From Trichlorobacter lovleyi SZ (GTDB lineage: Bacteria; Desulfobacterota; Desulfuromonadia; Geobacterales; Pseudopelobacteraceae), in assembly GCF_000020385.1 (NCBI RefSeq), contig NC_010814.1:3180001-3212000 (forward strand): a stretch of 32,000 nucleotides of DNA. Direction: 5' to 3'. This document shows, piece by piece, positions 17,725-25,881 of the stretch (positions are counted from its first letter, which is position 1; each line of letters begins with the position of its first letter). The position numbers were made by a program, and so were the translations under genes. The notes under the pieces are model-generated. The model was given only the letters and a program-made list of their open reading frames with translations. It ran no database searches and was not told where the DNA came from.

Positions 17725-20058
17725 CTACACCTCCACAACCAGGGTGATCGTGTCCGGTGCCGAATCATCCCCGGGGGCCACGCGGGCCTCACGGACAAAC
17801 CCTACCGGTGCACCGGTAATGAATCCCAGCGTTATACTATCCCCAAACTCTACCTCTATGTTGTCCAGGAACACCTCAACCTCATGAACCCAGTGGCGGG
17901 CAGCGTACCAGGTAAGGTAGGCATCACGCAGGGCCGTGGCGATAGCGCTGCTGGTGATGAATTGGAACAGGAACAGATCAGGCCGGTCCTGCACGCCGTA
18001 CCGTGTCTGACTGGCGCTGTTGACGTCACTGACAGTTTGACGGTACGGGTCAGCCGAGGTGGAGGCATAGTCCAGATCAAACTTGAGGGCGATCTTGTTG
18101 ATAATGTCTTCATAGGCTGATTTTCTGCGGCTTGAGTTGCGCACCATGGCAGACGTGATAGGTTTTTGTGACGCCCCAGCACCACGTGGCACCAGTTTTG
18201 AACCGGCACTGGACACCTTGAACAACGCCCAGGACTCGAACGCTATCCGCGTGAGCCAGTAGAGGGCTGATTGCTGGGTGGTAATGGCCCCGTTGATGGC
18301 AGTGGTGATGTTGCTGCTGCCGGTGGCTGCAGGGTAGCCCACGCGGGACAGGATGTCATTGCAGGCCAGCAGAGGGGTGGCAACGGTGGTGCGGGCCACG
18401 TTGGCCATCAGCTGATCCATAGTGTAGACGTTGGCGATACTGTTGCCGATCAGAGACAGATCGCCGGTCAGGGCCACACCGGCAGCCGGTGAATAGGTGG
18501 TTGCGGTGCCGGTCTGGATCTCAAACCAGATCTCTTTACAACGACAGTCAGACCCGTTCTGCATGACGATCTTGGCAAATGACGTTGAGGGGTAGCTGTA
18601 AAGGTCTGACATGTTGGTGAATGGGTACCAGCCGGTATAAAACGTGCCCGAGGCGAACACGTTACCAATTGCCTGGTTCAGCACCATTACACCCTTGATA
18701 AACAGCTGGATACGGACAGGCGAACCATAATCATAGCCGCACTCGGCAACCACACCAACTCTGATGTTGAGACAGCTGGCAATGTTATTGACGGTGGTGT
18801 AGGTAAAGCCTGGGCTGGCGTTATAGGTCCCGTCACAGACCTGTGACAGCTGCACCGCTAAATTGCCTTGCATATAGGTGGCCGTGTCGTTGTCAAATGC
18901 CCGCTGGGCATAGGTGCCGTTATAGTTGTTGGCAAGGGTACCGCCGTAGACATAGATCACGTTGTTGGGCCGCAGCACGGTTGTGCTGGTGCTGGTCGGG
19001 TGGGTGTGGTTGCCCTGATCAACATCCAGAGCGTTGTTGATGGCCAGCCAGATCTGCTGCATCACTGCCGGGGTAGTGGCGATGGTGATAGCGGCCTTGC
19101 CGGGATAGGCGGCCAGCTGGTTTCCGCTGGTGCCCAGGTACTTGGTAACGCTGGCAGTGATATTGACATCCACTCCGGCCACACGGATGTAGATCTCGCC
19201 GATGGTGTCCAGGGCATGATCAGCCAGGATAAACACAATCGGTGTGGCCTTTTTCTCAATCACCACGCTGCCCATGGAGTGGTTGGCAATGGTGGTACCG
19301 TTAACCCCCCTGGTGACCGTCAGGACGCGCGTGGTGGTATTGGCAGCGGTTACCGTGACCTGCTCGGCATCAATGTAGAAGGTTTTACCGACCACGGTGG
19401 TGGATGGCAGCTCTGAGACAGTGATGGTGGTATCGGTTGATAGCGCTTGATTGGCCAGGCTGGTGACCCATCCAGCATCAACACAGAGCGCTGGCAGCTT
19501 GTTGACGGTACCGAACACGATCGGCAACAGCTTGCCTATGTGATCAGGATCCGCCAGGGGGTAGGTAACCGAATCCAGCACAGTACCCAGGGTGCCCTGC
19601 AGTTTCAGGGTGGCATCCTGCAGACGCAGCGAGACCCCTTCATCGTTTTGATCGACCGAGACTTCCTTGACGTACCCCACAAACTTTTTGATTGCAGCGG
19701 TACCGGCCACCATGCCTTCGTACCAGTGCTGGATCTCTGCGGTGCTGGTCTCGATGTCGTAGGTATCTACCTGGTAGATGATGTTGGCGGCATCGGTGGG
19801 GTCGGCCATCAGGTGCAGGTCATAGTCTGCAATGGTCATCTCCCCCAGACCATTGGTGATGCCCTCTTTCAGCACGCCCCAGCTTGATACCCATGCTTTG
19901 GTGGTCTGGCTGGTGCCGTCTGCAGCAGTAATGGTCAGCACCCGGTCTGAGATATACAGCGGGGTGGTACCGGTGCGGGACAGCTTGAGTATCCAGACCG
20001 GCTTGGCACCGGTGGTCTTATTTTTTTCGGCAGTGATAGCTGCTGGCAGGGTTTGCAT
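17725..20058 (-). CDS. large phage tail / host-specificity-type protein (777 aa)
   Basis: Its position after the tape-measure gene and small tail genes, its size, and beta-rich Thr/Gly/Asn-rich sequence. The start MQTLPAAITAEKNK overlaps the upstream stop (TAATG); the listed start at 20172 lies inside the upstream gene. Confidence 0.6.
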   Translation of the reverse strand: MQTLPAAITAEKNKTTGAKPVWILKLSRTGTTPLYISDRVLTITAADGTSQTTKAWVSSWGVLKEGITNGLGEMTIADYDLHLMADPTDAANIIYQVDTYDIETSTAEIQHWYEGMVAGTAAIKKFVGYVKEVSVDQNDEGVSLRLQDATLKLQGTLGTVLDSVTYPLADPDHIGKLLPIVFGTVNKLPALCVDAGWVTSLANQALSTDTTITVSELPSTTVVGKTFYIDAEQVTVTAANTTTRVLTVTRGVNGTTIANHSMGSVVIEKKATPIVFILADHALDTIGEIYIRVAGVDVNITASVTKYLGTSGNQLAAYPGKAAITIATTPAVMQQIWLAINNALDVDQGNHTHPTSTSTTVLRPNNVIYVYGGTLANNYNGTYAQRAFDNDTATYMQGNLAVQLSQVCDGTYNASPGFTYTTVNNIASCLNIRVGVVAECGYDYGSPVRIQLFIKGVMVLNQAIGNVFASGTFYTGWYPFTNMSDLYSYPSTSFAKIVMQNGSDCRCKEIWFEIQTGTATTYSPAAGVALTGDLSLIGNSIANVYTMDQLMANVARTTVATPLLACNDILSRVGYPAATGSSNITTAINGAITTQQSALYWLTRIAFESWALFKVSSAGSKLVPRGAGASQKPITSAMVRNSSRRKSAYEDIINKIALKFDLDYASTSADPYRQTVSDVNSASQTRYGVQDRPDLFLFQFITSSAIATALRDAYLTWYAARHWVHEVEVFLDNIEVEFGDSITLGFITGAPVGFVREARVAPGDDSAPDTITLVVEV

Positions 20059-20429
20059 TACAGGTACTCCTCCAGGGTGAACGAAACCTGGTATTTGCCT
20101 GGGTGGGTCTCCACAGCTTTGACGGTCCCCTTGATCTTGGCGGTGTGAGCGGAGCTGGCATTGTCGTACCAAGTCAGGGTGTACTCATACCCGTGGCAGA
20201 GATCGGCCAGCTGCAGCAGGCTGCTCAGCTGGGCATCAGTTACTTTTTTGTGAACCAGCTGCCATGTGATTGATTTAACTCCACGGTCGTACAGATAGAG
20301 GCTACCGCCACGGGTAATGTCGCTTGGCTGGTTCCGCCTGCGGGTGGGGGTGCAGACCGATGGAGCTGACGGCATCTGACAGGACAGTGTGGTACCACCT
20401 ATGGTGGCGGTGAATAGGTTGGCGCTCAT
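20058..20429 (-). CDS. small phage tail-module protein, paralogue 3
   Basis: Shares ...PxDI(T/S)RGG(S/I)(L/F)YLYDRGVK... with the 20426..20869 product. Overlapping start and stop codons. Confidence 0.6.
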   Translation of the reverse strand: MSANLFTATIGGTTLSCQMPSAPSVCTPTRRRNQPSDITRGGSLYLYDRGVKSITWQLVHKKVTDAQLSSLLQLADLCHGYEYTLTWYDNASSAHTAKIKGTVKAVETHPGKYQVSFTLEEYL

Positions 20430-20869
20430 GGTGCCCCCAACATTTCAGAACCATCAGCCATCAGCAGGGTATCGCCATCAGCACCGATGTACGGTTCCGG
20501 ATCCAGGTTGAGGTATTCGGCCACGGTCAGGGCCACGGTGAAGTGATCCGCCAGCGGCTCTTTAACCGTGATTTTTGAGGTGAGGTGGACAGACCGCTCT
20601 CCGTACAGTGGATCAACCCAAACAAACGGGATCTGCGCCCCTTTTACGGCATCGCCAAAATCCAGCAGGGCACCAACCACGGCAGGGGCCACGCGGGTGA
20701 ACAACAGGCGGTGCTCACGGATTTTCACGCCACGGTCGTACAGATAGAATATACCGCCACGGCTGATGTCATGGGGCTGAACACGGCGGACAGTAACCGG
20801 GTATGGTGCAGAGTGCAGGCGGTTCATGGCCACGGTCAAAGTTTCGGTTTTGAAGATGCTGCCACTCAT
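20426..20869 (-). CDS. small phage tail-module protein, paralogue 2
   Basis: Clear similarity to the 20058..20429 product (DISRGGIFYLYDRGVK versus DITRGGSLYLYDRGVK, and a C-terminal ...EYL). Confidence 0.6.
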   Translation of the reverse strand: MSGSIFKTETLTVAMNRLHSAPYPVTVRRVQPHDISRGGIFYLYDRGVKIREHRLLFTRVAPAVVGALLDFGDAVKGAQIPFVWVDPLYGERSVHLTSKITVKEPLADHFTVALTVAEYLNLDPEPYIGADGDTLLMADGSEMLGAP

Positions 20870-21240
20870 GGGGTAATCACCAGCAGCTTAACGGTGACCT
20901 GGAATACATCGGTGCTTTTCTCTGTAATGGTCAGTTCCGGCTCGGCAAAACGGGCTGTAATGGTGCTGCCATCACTGAACGTTACAGTAAACAGGGTGGC
21001 CATGGCATTCATGGCGTCAAAAAACGACAGCAGGCTGTCACGGTTGGCGCGGGGCATGTTATCCCAGCTGACCGGTATGGTCTGAGTTTTGGCACGGGGG
21101 GTCTGGGCAATGGGCAGGCCTGCAGTGGTTTTGCCAATGGCCTGCAGCCAAGCCCGCTCAGACTGATCCGGCCGGGGCCGGTGGGTGAACGTAACGCTGG
21201 CTGCAGGACTGGCGCAGCTGAATGAGACAACGGCAGGCAT
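20866..21240 (-). CDS. small phage tail-module protein, paralogue 1 (distant)
   Basis: Same size class and position, similar C-terminal beta pattern (FQVTVKLLV), overlapping start and stop codons. Confidence 0.5.
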   Translation of the reverse strand: MPAVVSFSCASPAASVTFTHRPRPDQSERAWLQAIGKTTAGLPIAQTPRAKTQTIPVSWDNMPRANRDSLLSFFDAMNAMATLFTVTFSDGSTITARFAEPELTITEKSTDVFQVTVKLLVITP

Positions 21241-22901
21241 TACAGTGACCGTCCCATGTAGGCCTTGATCTTGGGCACAATTGCCCGTGCCAGATCATCT
21301 GCAGTACGGTCGCTGATCTTAGAGAGATTGGGAAAACTCAGCTCTATTTTTTCGATGCTGACCAGGTTGCTGGAGCTGGCTGCAGGGCCGGAAGCAGCCG
21401 AACCTGATGAGGGCACCACTACCGGTACATCAACCGTTGCACTGCCCAAAATAGGGGTACTGGGATCAACAAACGGTGTGGCCCCGGTGTAGTTGACGGC
21501 ACTGCCCACAACCCCTTGAATGGCCGCCAGCTGATCCAACCCGTTAACCTGCAGATTGATGGTGATATCACGGGTCATGCTTTTGAGCAGATTGTCCAGC
21601 TCAACTACTTTTTGCTTGTAGGCATCTACTTTAGATTGAGCAGTGTTCCACATGGTTTCCAGAGCGCTTTGCTCTGCCTGGGCACCTGATGTAATCTTTT
21701 CCTGCAGCCGGACACGTTCCTGCTCTACCTCTGCCAGAGCTGATGATTTATCCAGCACCGTGGTAACGGTCTCAACAGTGGTTTCAGGGATAAAGCCTTC
21801 AAAGTTGAACGCCTGTGAAAAATCAGAGCTGGTCTTTTTGGTAACCACGTCTACCTTTTCACCCAGCTTGTCCCAGGCATCAATCAAGCCCAGCATCTTC
21901 TCGCGCTTACGGGCCGGGTCGCTGATCTGCTCATAGGCGGCCTCGGCGGCTCGCAGCTTATCAATCATGGCCATACGCTTGGCCATTGGGTCCAGATTAG
22001 GGTCCAGATAGGCATACCCGCCACTGTAATCGCCAGAGGCCTGACGCTTTTGTTCTTCAAACAGGGCATTTGATTCTACAAATCGGACGCGGAGTTCTTC
22101 GATCTCTTTTTTCTTGGCACGGATCAGGTCAAGAACTTTACCGGCATACTGCTGCTCACCAGCAATCAGGGTCTTGTAGCGGTCAGTTTCAACCTTGATG
22201 ATTTCAGTGGCCTGAGAACGGACCTCTTTCAGTATCTCAACGCCTTGCTGTTTAACCTCTTTGGCATTGGCGGTGATTTTAACCTTGGCCTGGAATTCAG
22301 TGTACATGGCACTGAGCTTGTCCAGGGCACTGCGCTCATTGGCCAGGCGCTCATTGTAAACAGCGTTGACTTCAGTGCCGTACTTGCGCAGCGGCTTGAT
22401 GGTTTCTTCGATCTTGCGGGCACCCTCTCCATACAGGAGGAACTCTTCTTCCAGCGCCTCTTTGTACTTGTCATTGGCCAGATCCAGGCGTTCTTTGCCC
22501 AGGTCTCGCATGGCAGAGGCATATTCTTTGATGCCGGTAATATTGTTCTTGATGTCGGACAGGTATTGTTTTTCAGCAGCAGTAGCTGCCTGCAGCGCTT
22601 GTTGCTCTGCCATACCCGCCTTGCCTGCATCAATTCTGGCTTTTTGCTGCTCTTCAAAAGCTGATTTATTCTTTGCAGCAGTGTCTTTCAGGTTGAAATA
22701 TTGATCCGCTTTTTCTTGGAATGATGGGCCAGACCACATCTTGTCCATATCAGCCATAAATGCCTGTGTGGCTCCGGTCATTACCTTGTATTCGCTGGCA
22801 GCACCTGAAAAATCAAATTTAAGGGCAGACCAGCCAATTTTGGCAAATGAGACCATACTGCTTGCAGTCCAGGCGATAGTATCTGCCAGGCTGATAAACA
22901 T
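21240..22901 (-). CDS. tape-measure-like coiled-coil protein, probably 5'-truncated
   Basis: Long Ala/Glu/Lys/Gln-rich coiled-coil sequence lying upstream of the tail genes. The first in-phage ATG is at 22901. The 87 codons the ORF track adds upstream (to 23162) are antisense to the dus fragment. Confidence 0.6.
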   Translation of the reverse strand: MFISLADTIAWTASSMVSFAKIGWSALKFDFSGAASEYKVMTGATQAFMADMDKMWSGPSFQEKADQYFNLKDTAAKNKSAFEEQQKARIDAGKAGMAEQQALQAATAAEKQYLSDIKNNITGIKEYASAMRDLGKERLDLANDKYKEALEEEFLLYGEGARKIEETIKPLRKYGTEVNAVYNERLANERSALDKLSAMYTEFQAKVKITANAKEVKQQGVEILKEVRSQATEIIKVETDRYKTLIAGEQQYAGKVLDLIRAKKKEIEELRVRFVESNALFEEQKRQASGDYSGGYAYLDPNLDPMAKRMAMIDKLRAAEAAYEQISDPARKREKMLGLIDAWDKLGEKVDVVTKKTSSDFSQAFNFEGFIPETTVETVTTVLDKSSALAEVEQERVRLQEKITSGAQAEQSALETMWNTAQSKVDAYKQKVVELDNLLKSMTRDITINLQVNGLDQLAAIQGVVGSAVNYTGATPFVDPSTPILGSATVDVPVVVPSSGSAASGPAASSSNLVSIEKIELSFPNLSKISDRTADDLARAIVPKIKAYMGRSL

Positions 22902-22905
22902 CTTA

Positions 22906-23427
22906 ATCGGGTACAGCGACCCGCAACAGATCTTTTCACTGCTGCCCCTGTTTGAGTCTGGCGGGGTGGATTTCCTGGTGCTGCATCCCCGCACCGTGCT
23001 GCAGGAATACAAAGGATTGGCCGACCACGGCATTACAACCCGGGTGGTGCAGGAAACCGGCCTGCCGGTGATTGCCAACGGAGATGTACGGACAGTAGAG
23101 GATGGGCTGCGGGTGCTGGAACAGACCAAGGCGGCCGGTCTGATGCTGGGCAGGGGTGCCATTGCCGACCCGCTGTTGTTCCAGCGGCTACGGGCAGGCA
23201 GGCCTGATCAGCCGGAGCGGGCTGCACGGGCTGCCATGCTGCGCCACTACCTGGCCGGACTGCTGGAACGCTATCAGGGGATATTCTGCGGAGAACAGCA
23301 GATTCTGGGCAAGGTCAAGAGCGTGTTTGCCACCATGGATGATCCTGATTTTGCAAAACAGATCAAAGGGCTTAAAAAGGCCCGCACGATCAGGCAGTTT
23401 GCAGACCTAGTAGTCCAGCTGACCTGA
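22906..23427 (+). pseudogene. dus: 3' fragment of a tRNA-dihydrouridine synthase (dus) gene
   Basis: GYSDPQQIFSLLPLFESGGVDFLVLHPRT...VIANGDV...GLMLGRGAIADPLLF is the C-terminal half of the Dus TIM barrel plus its helical domain. The N-terminal FMN and catalytic half is missing. The ORF-track prefix (22741..22905) is antisense to the phage gene. Confidence 0.75.
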
Positions 23428-24942
23428 CGCCTCCTCCGTAATCGGCGCCCGGTTCCTGACAACATGCACCTTGATTCCGGCCCGGGTCTCCACCGGGCAG
23501 ACGTTTTCGCAGATGCCGCAACCGTTACAGATCTCCTCCACCAGATACGGCTCCTTCACGGTTTTCATCACCCCATCCAGCCCCATCACCCGCACCTCGC
23601 GGGAACGGATCGCCTTGTCCGGTATCGGGCAATGTTCCTCGCAGACAATACAGTCGGTTTTACGCGCAAAAGGCAGACAGTGGTTTTTATCAAAGACCGC
23701 CTTGCCGATCACCTGCCGTTTCTTCTCCTCAACAGCCAGATTGGGAATGGCGCCGGTGGGGCAGACCTGACCGCAGAGGGTGCAGTTATATTCGCAGTAG
23801 CCTAGACGGGGGATCAGCAGTGGAGTGTAGATACCATCGACTCCAGCCTGCCAGGCAGCCGGATACAGAGCGTTCTTGAGGCAGACCTTCATACATTCGC
23901 CGCAGCGGACACATTTCTTCAGAAAATCGCCCTCATCCCGTACGCCGGGCGGACGCAAAAGACCGGCCTCCTTTTCAGGCGACCGGAAACGGGTCGGCAC
24001 CGCCAGCAGCAGTCCCCCTGCCAGTCCCCCCAGCAGCAGCCTGCGCTGCGGCAGAACCGGTTCGGACAGCTGCAGCGGCCAAGAGGGCCGGAAGCTGATC
24101 CGCTGGTTGGGACAGCCCTGCTCACACTCCATACAGAGGATACACTCCTCCCGGTTCAGGCTTCCCTGATCAAAGGTCGTCGGGCAGAGTTCACGGCACT
24201 GGCCGCAATCGGCACACAGACCCGGTGGAATCCGTTTGAAGGGGGAGAACCGTCCCAGCCAGCCCAGCAGGGTGCCCAGCGGGCAGAGATGACGGCACCA
24301 GGCCCGGGTCTCCAGCCGTTCCAGCAGGATGATCAGCACCAGCAGCAGGGCAGAGGCAAAGGCCAGGGGATAGAGGGTCTCACGAAACGGCAGCAGGTAG
24401 TTCTTCAGCAGGCCATAGGCTGGCGCCAGACTGTCGCGCTGTTCACCGATCAGCCCGTACAGGCGTACCCAGCCTTCACGGGCGCTCAACCCCAGCAGGG
24501 GGTAGAAAAAGAAGGTCAGCCCCCGCAGCAGGATAGCGATCGGATCAAGCAGCCCGGCCAGATTCAGGTTGAACAGCGAGGCAGACAACAGCGGCAGCAG
24601 CAACCAGTATTTCAGGTTGCCAGCCAGCCAGAGGACCGGCCTGGTGGAGCGTTGTTTGGGCGTCAGCAGATCCAGCAGGGTTCCCAACGGACAGATCCAA
24701 CCGCAAAAAAAACGCCCCAGCAGCAGGGTGGCCAGTGTCATCAAAACCGCAGGCAGCAGCAGCCAGGTCCAGGACTTGGCTGCCAGCAGGTAGCTGAACA
24801 GCACCAGCGGGTCAGCCCGGAAGAAGGAGTTGACGGCGGCATTGATCTGGTCATGGCCACGATACTCGGTCTGCAGGAACAGCAACAGAAACAGTGCCAG
24901 GAACAGCAGCTGGCTTATGCGGGCCGTGGTCGGTTTCACCAA
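23407..24942 (-). CDS. membrane-anchored polyferredoxin (NapH/MauN-like N-terminal TM domain plus multiple 4Fe-4S motifs)
   Basis: Several TM helices with CGWICP and CRHLCP motifs, then repeated CxxCxxCxxxCP clusters (CADCGQCRELCP, CVRCGECMKVC, CTLCGQVCP, CNGCGICENVCP). Confidence 0.8.
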   Translation of the reverse strand: MVKPTTARISQLLFLALFLLLFLQTEYRGHDQINAAVNSFFRADPLVLFSYLLAAKSWTWLLLPAVLMTLATLLLGRFFCGWICPLGTLLDLLTPKQRSTRPVLWLAGNLKYWLLLPLLSASLFNLNLAGLLDPIAILLRGLTFFFYPLLGLSAREGWVRLYGLIGEQRDSLAPAYGLLKNYLLPFRETLYPLAFASALLLVLIILLERLETRAWCRHLCPLGTLLGWLGRFSPFKRIPPGLCADCGQCRELCPTTFDQGSLNREECILCMECEQGCPNQRISFRPSWPLQLSEPVLPQRRLLLGGLAGGLLLAVPTRFRSPEKEAGLLRPPGVRDEGDFLKKCVRCGECMKVCLKNALYPAAWQAGVDGIYTPLLIPRLGYCEYNCTLCGQVCPTGAIPNLAVEEKKRQVIGKAVFDKNHCLPFARKTDCIVCEEHCPIPDKAIRSREVRVMGLDGVMKTVKEPYLVEEICNGCGICENVCPVETRAGIKVHVVRNRAPITEEASGQLDY

Positions 24943-25827
24943 TCAGGCCTTAACCACCTTGATCCGGTCCAGATTCATCTGGCCCAGACCGCGTTTATGG
25001 GCCGCAACCGTCACCGCAATATCAGCCGGTTTCAGACCGAACAGGGTGGTGGCATAGGCGTCGGCGGCCACGATATCGGCTGAGGCGATCACCTTGTTCA
25101 GCACCTTGACATCGGCAAGGTTCCCCCCTTGGGGGCCGTGGGCCGTCAGGATTCTGGTGGCATCAATGATGGTCAGGTGGCTGCGCAGGTGACTGTTCAC
25201 ATCGGCCAGGGCCACCGCAAGGTTGCGATGGGTAAAGCCGCGGTTGCCCCCCATCACCCCCATGATGTTTTTCAGCCCCAGGGTCAGCCTGGACAGGCCG
25301 TGGTGCTTGGCCACCGGCAGGTTGATAAAGACATTGGCAGCCAGCGCCTCATCATACAGCTCCCACTCCTTCAGGAACTGCCCCTTCAAGGCGGTCATCC
25401 TGAACCGCTCCGGTTCAATCTGTTTGCACTCCACCCCTTTAAGCCCCTTCAGCGCCTTTTCAATACCGCTGTTCACATAGCAACGCCGCGGATCATTGCA
25501 GGTATGGTCAAAGACCTTGACCTTCCTGGCGCCGGCTGCCAGACACTCCTCCACCACGGCCCGCACCACCAGCGGGTGGCTGTTGGCGGCAAACTCCGGC
25601 GAGCGATCCCAGCCCATGTTGGGCTTGACCACCACCAGATCCCCGGCTTTGACATAGCGTTTCATACCACCCACCGCGTTGATAGCCCGACGGGTAATGG
25701 CCGGGTAGTCAGTCCCTTCGGCCACCGCCACCAGTGACATCTCCGTTGCAGCCAGCAGTTCCTGCACCAGCACCGGTGCCAGTACCGTTGCTGCCCCTGC
25801 GCTCTTGATAAAGGTACGGCGATCCAT
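24943..25827 (-). CDS. Tat-exported DUF362 domain protein
   Basis: Twin-arginine signal MDRRTFIKSAGAA. GGAGG lies 5 nt before the ATG at 25827 (the listed GTG at 25833 sits inside the RBS). The stop directly abuts the start of the polyferredoxin gene. Confidence 0.75.
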   Translation of the reverse strand: MDRRTFIKSAGAATVLAPVLVQELLAATEMSLVAVAEGTDYPAITRRAINAVGGMKRYVKAGDLVVVKPNMGWDRSPEFAANSHPLVVRAVVEECLAAGARKVKVFDHTCNDPRRCYVNSGIEKALKGLKGVECKQIEPERFRMTALKGQFLKEWELYDEALAANVFINLPVAKHHGLSRLTLGLKNIMGVMGGNRGFTHRNLAVALADVNSHLRSHLTIIDATRILTAHGPQGGNLADVKVLNKVIASADIVAADAYATTLFGLKPADIAVTVAAHKRGLGQMNLDRIKVVKA

Positions 25828-25881
25828 GGTCACCTCCGCTAATCGGGAATTGATTCCAGTCTACCCCTGTTACCGATGAAA

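Larger units (their letters stand above)
16355..22905 (-). mobile_element. prophage remnant (tail module plus Dam methylase), about 6.5 kb
   Basis: Seven tightly packed minus-strand genes with TAATG/ATGA overlaps: tape-measure-like, three small paralogues, a 777-aa tail protein, a Cys-rich protein and Dam. No integrase, capsid, terminase or lysis genes are present. Both flanks are truncated host genes. Confidence 0.75.

Noticed and set aside
22902-23162. N-terminal 87 codons of ORF 21240..23162 (minus strand)
   Set aside because: This stretch is the antisense of the well-supported dus fragment. The phage-type coiled-coil sequence begins only at the ATG at 22901.
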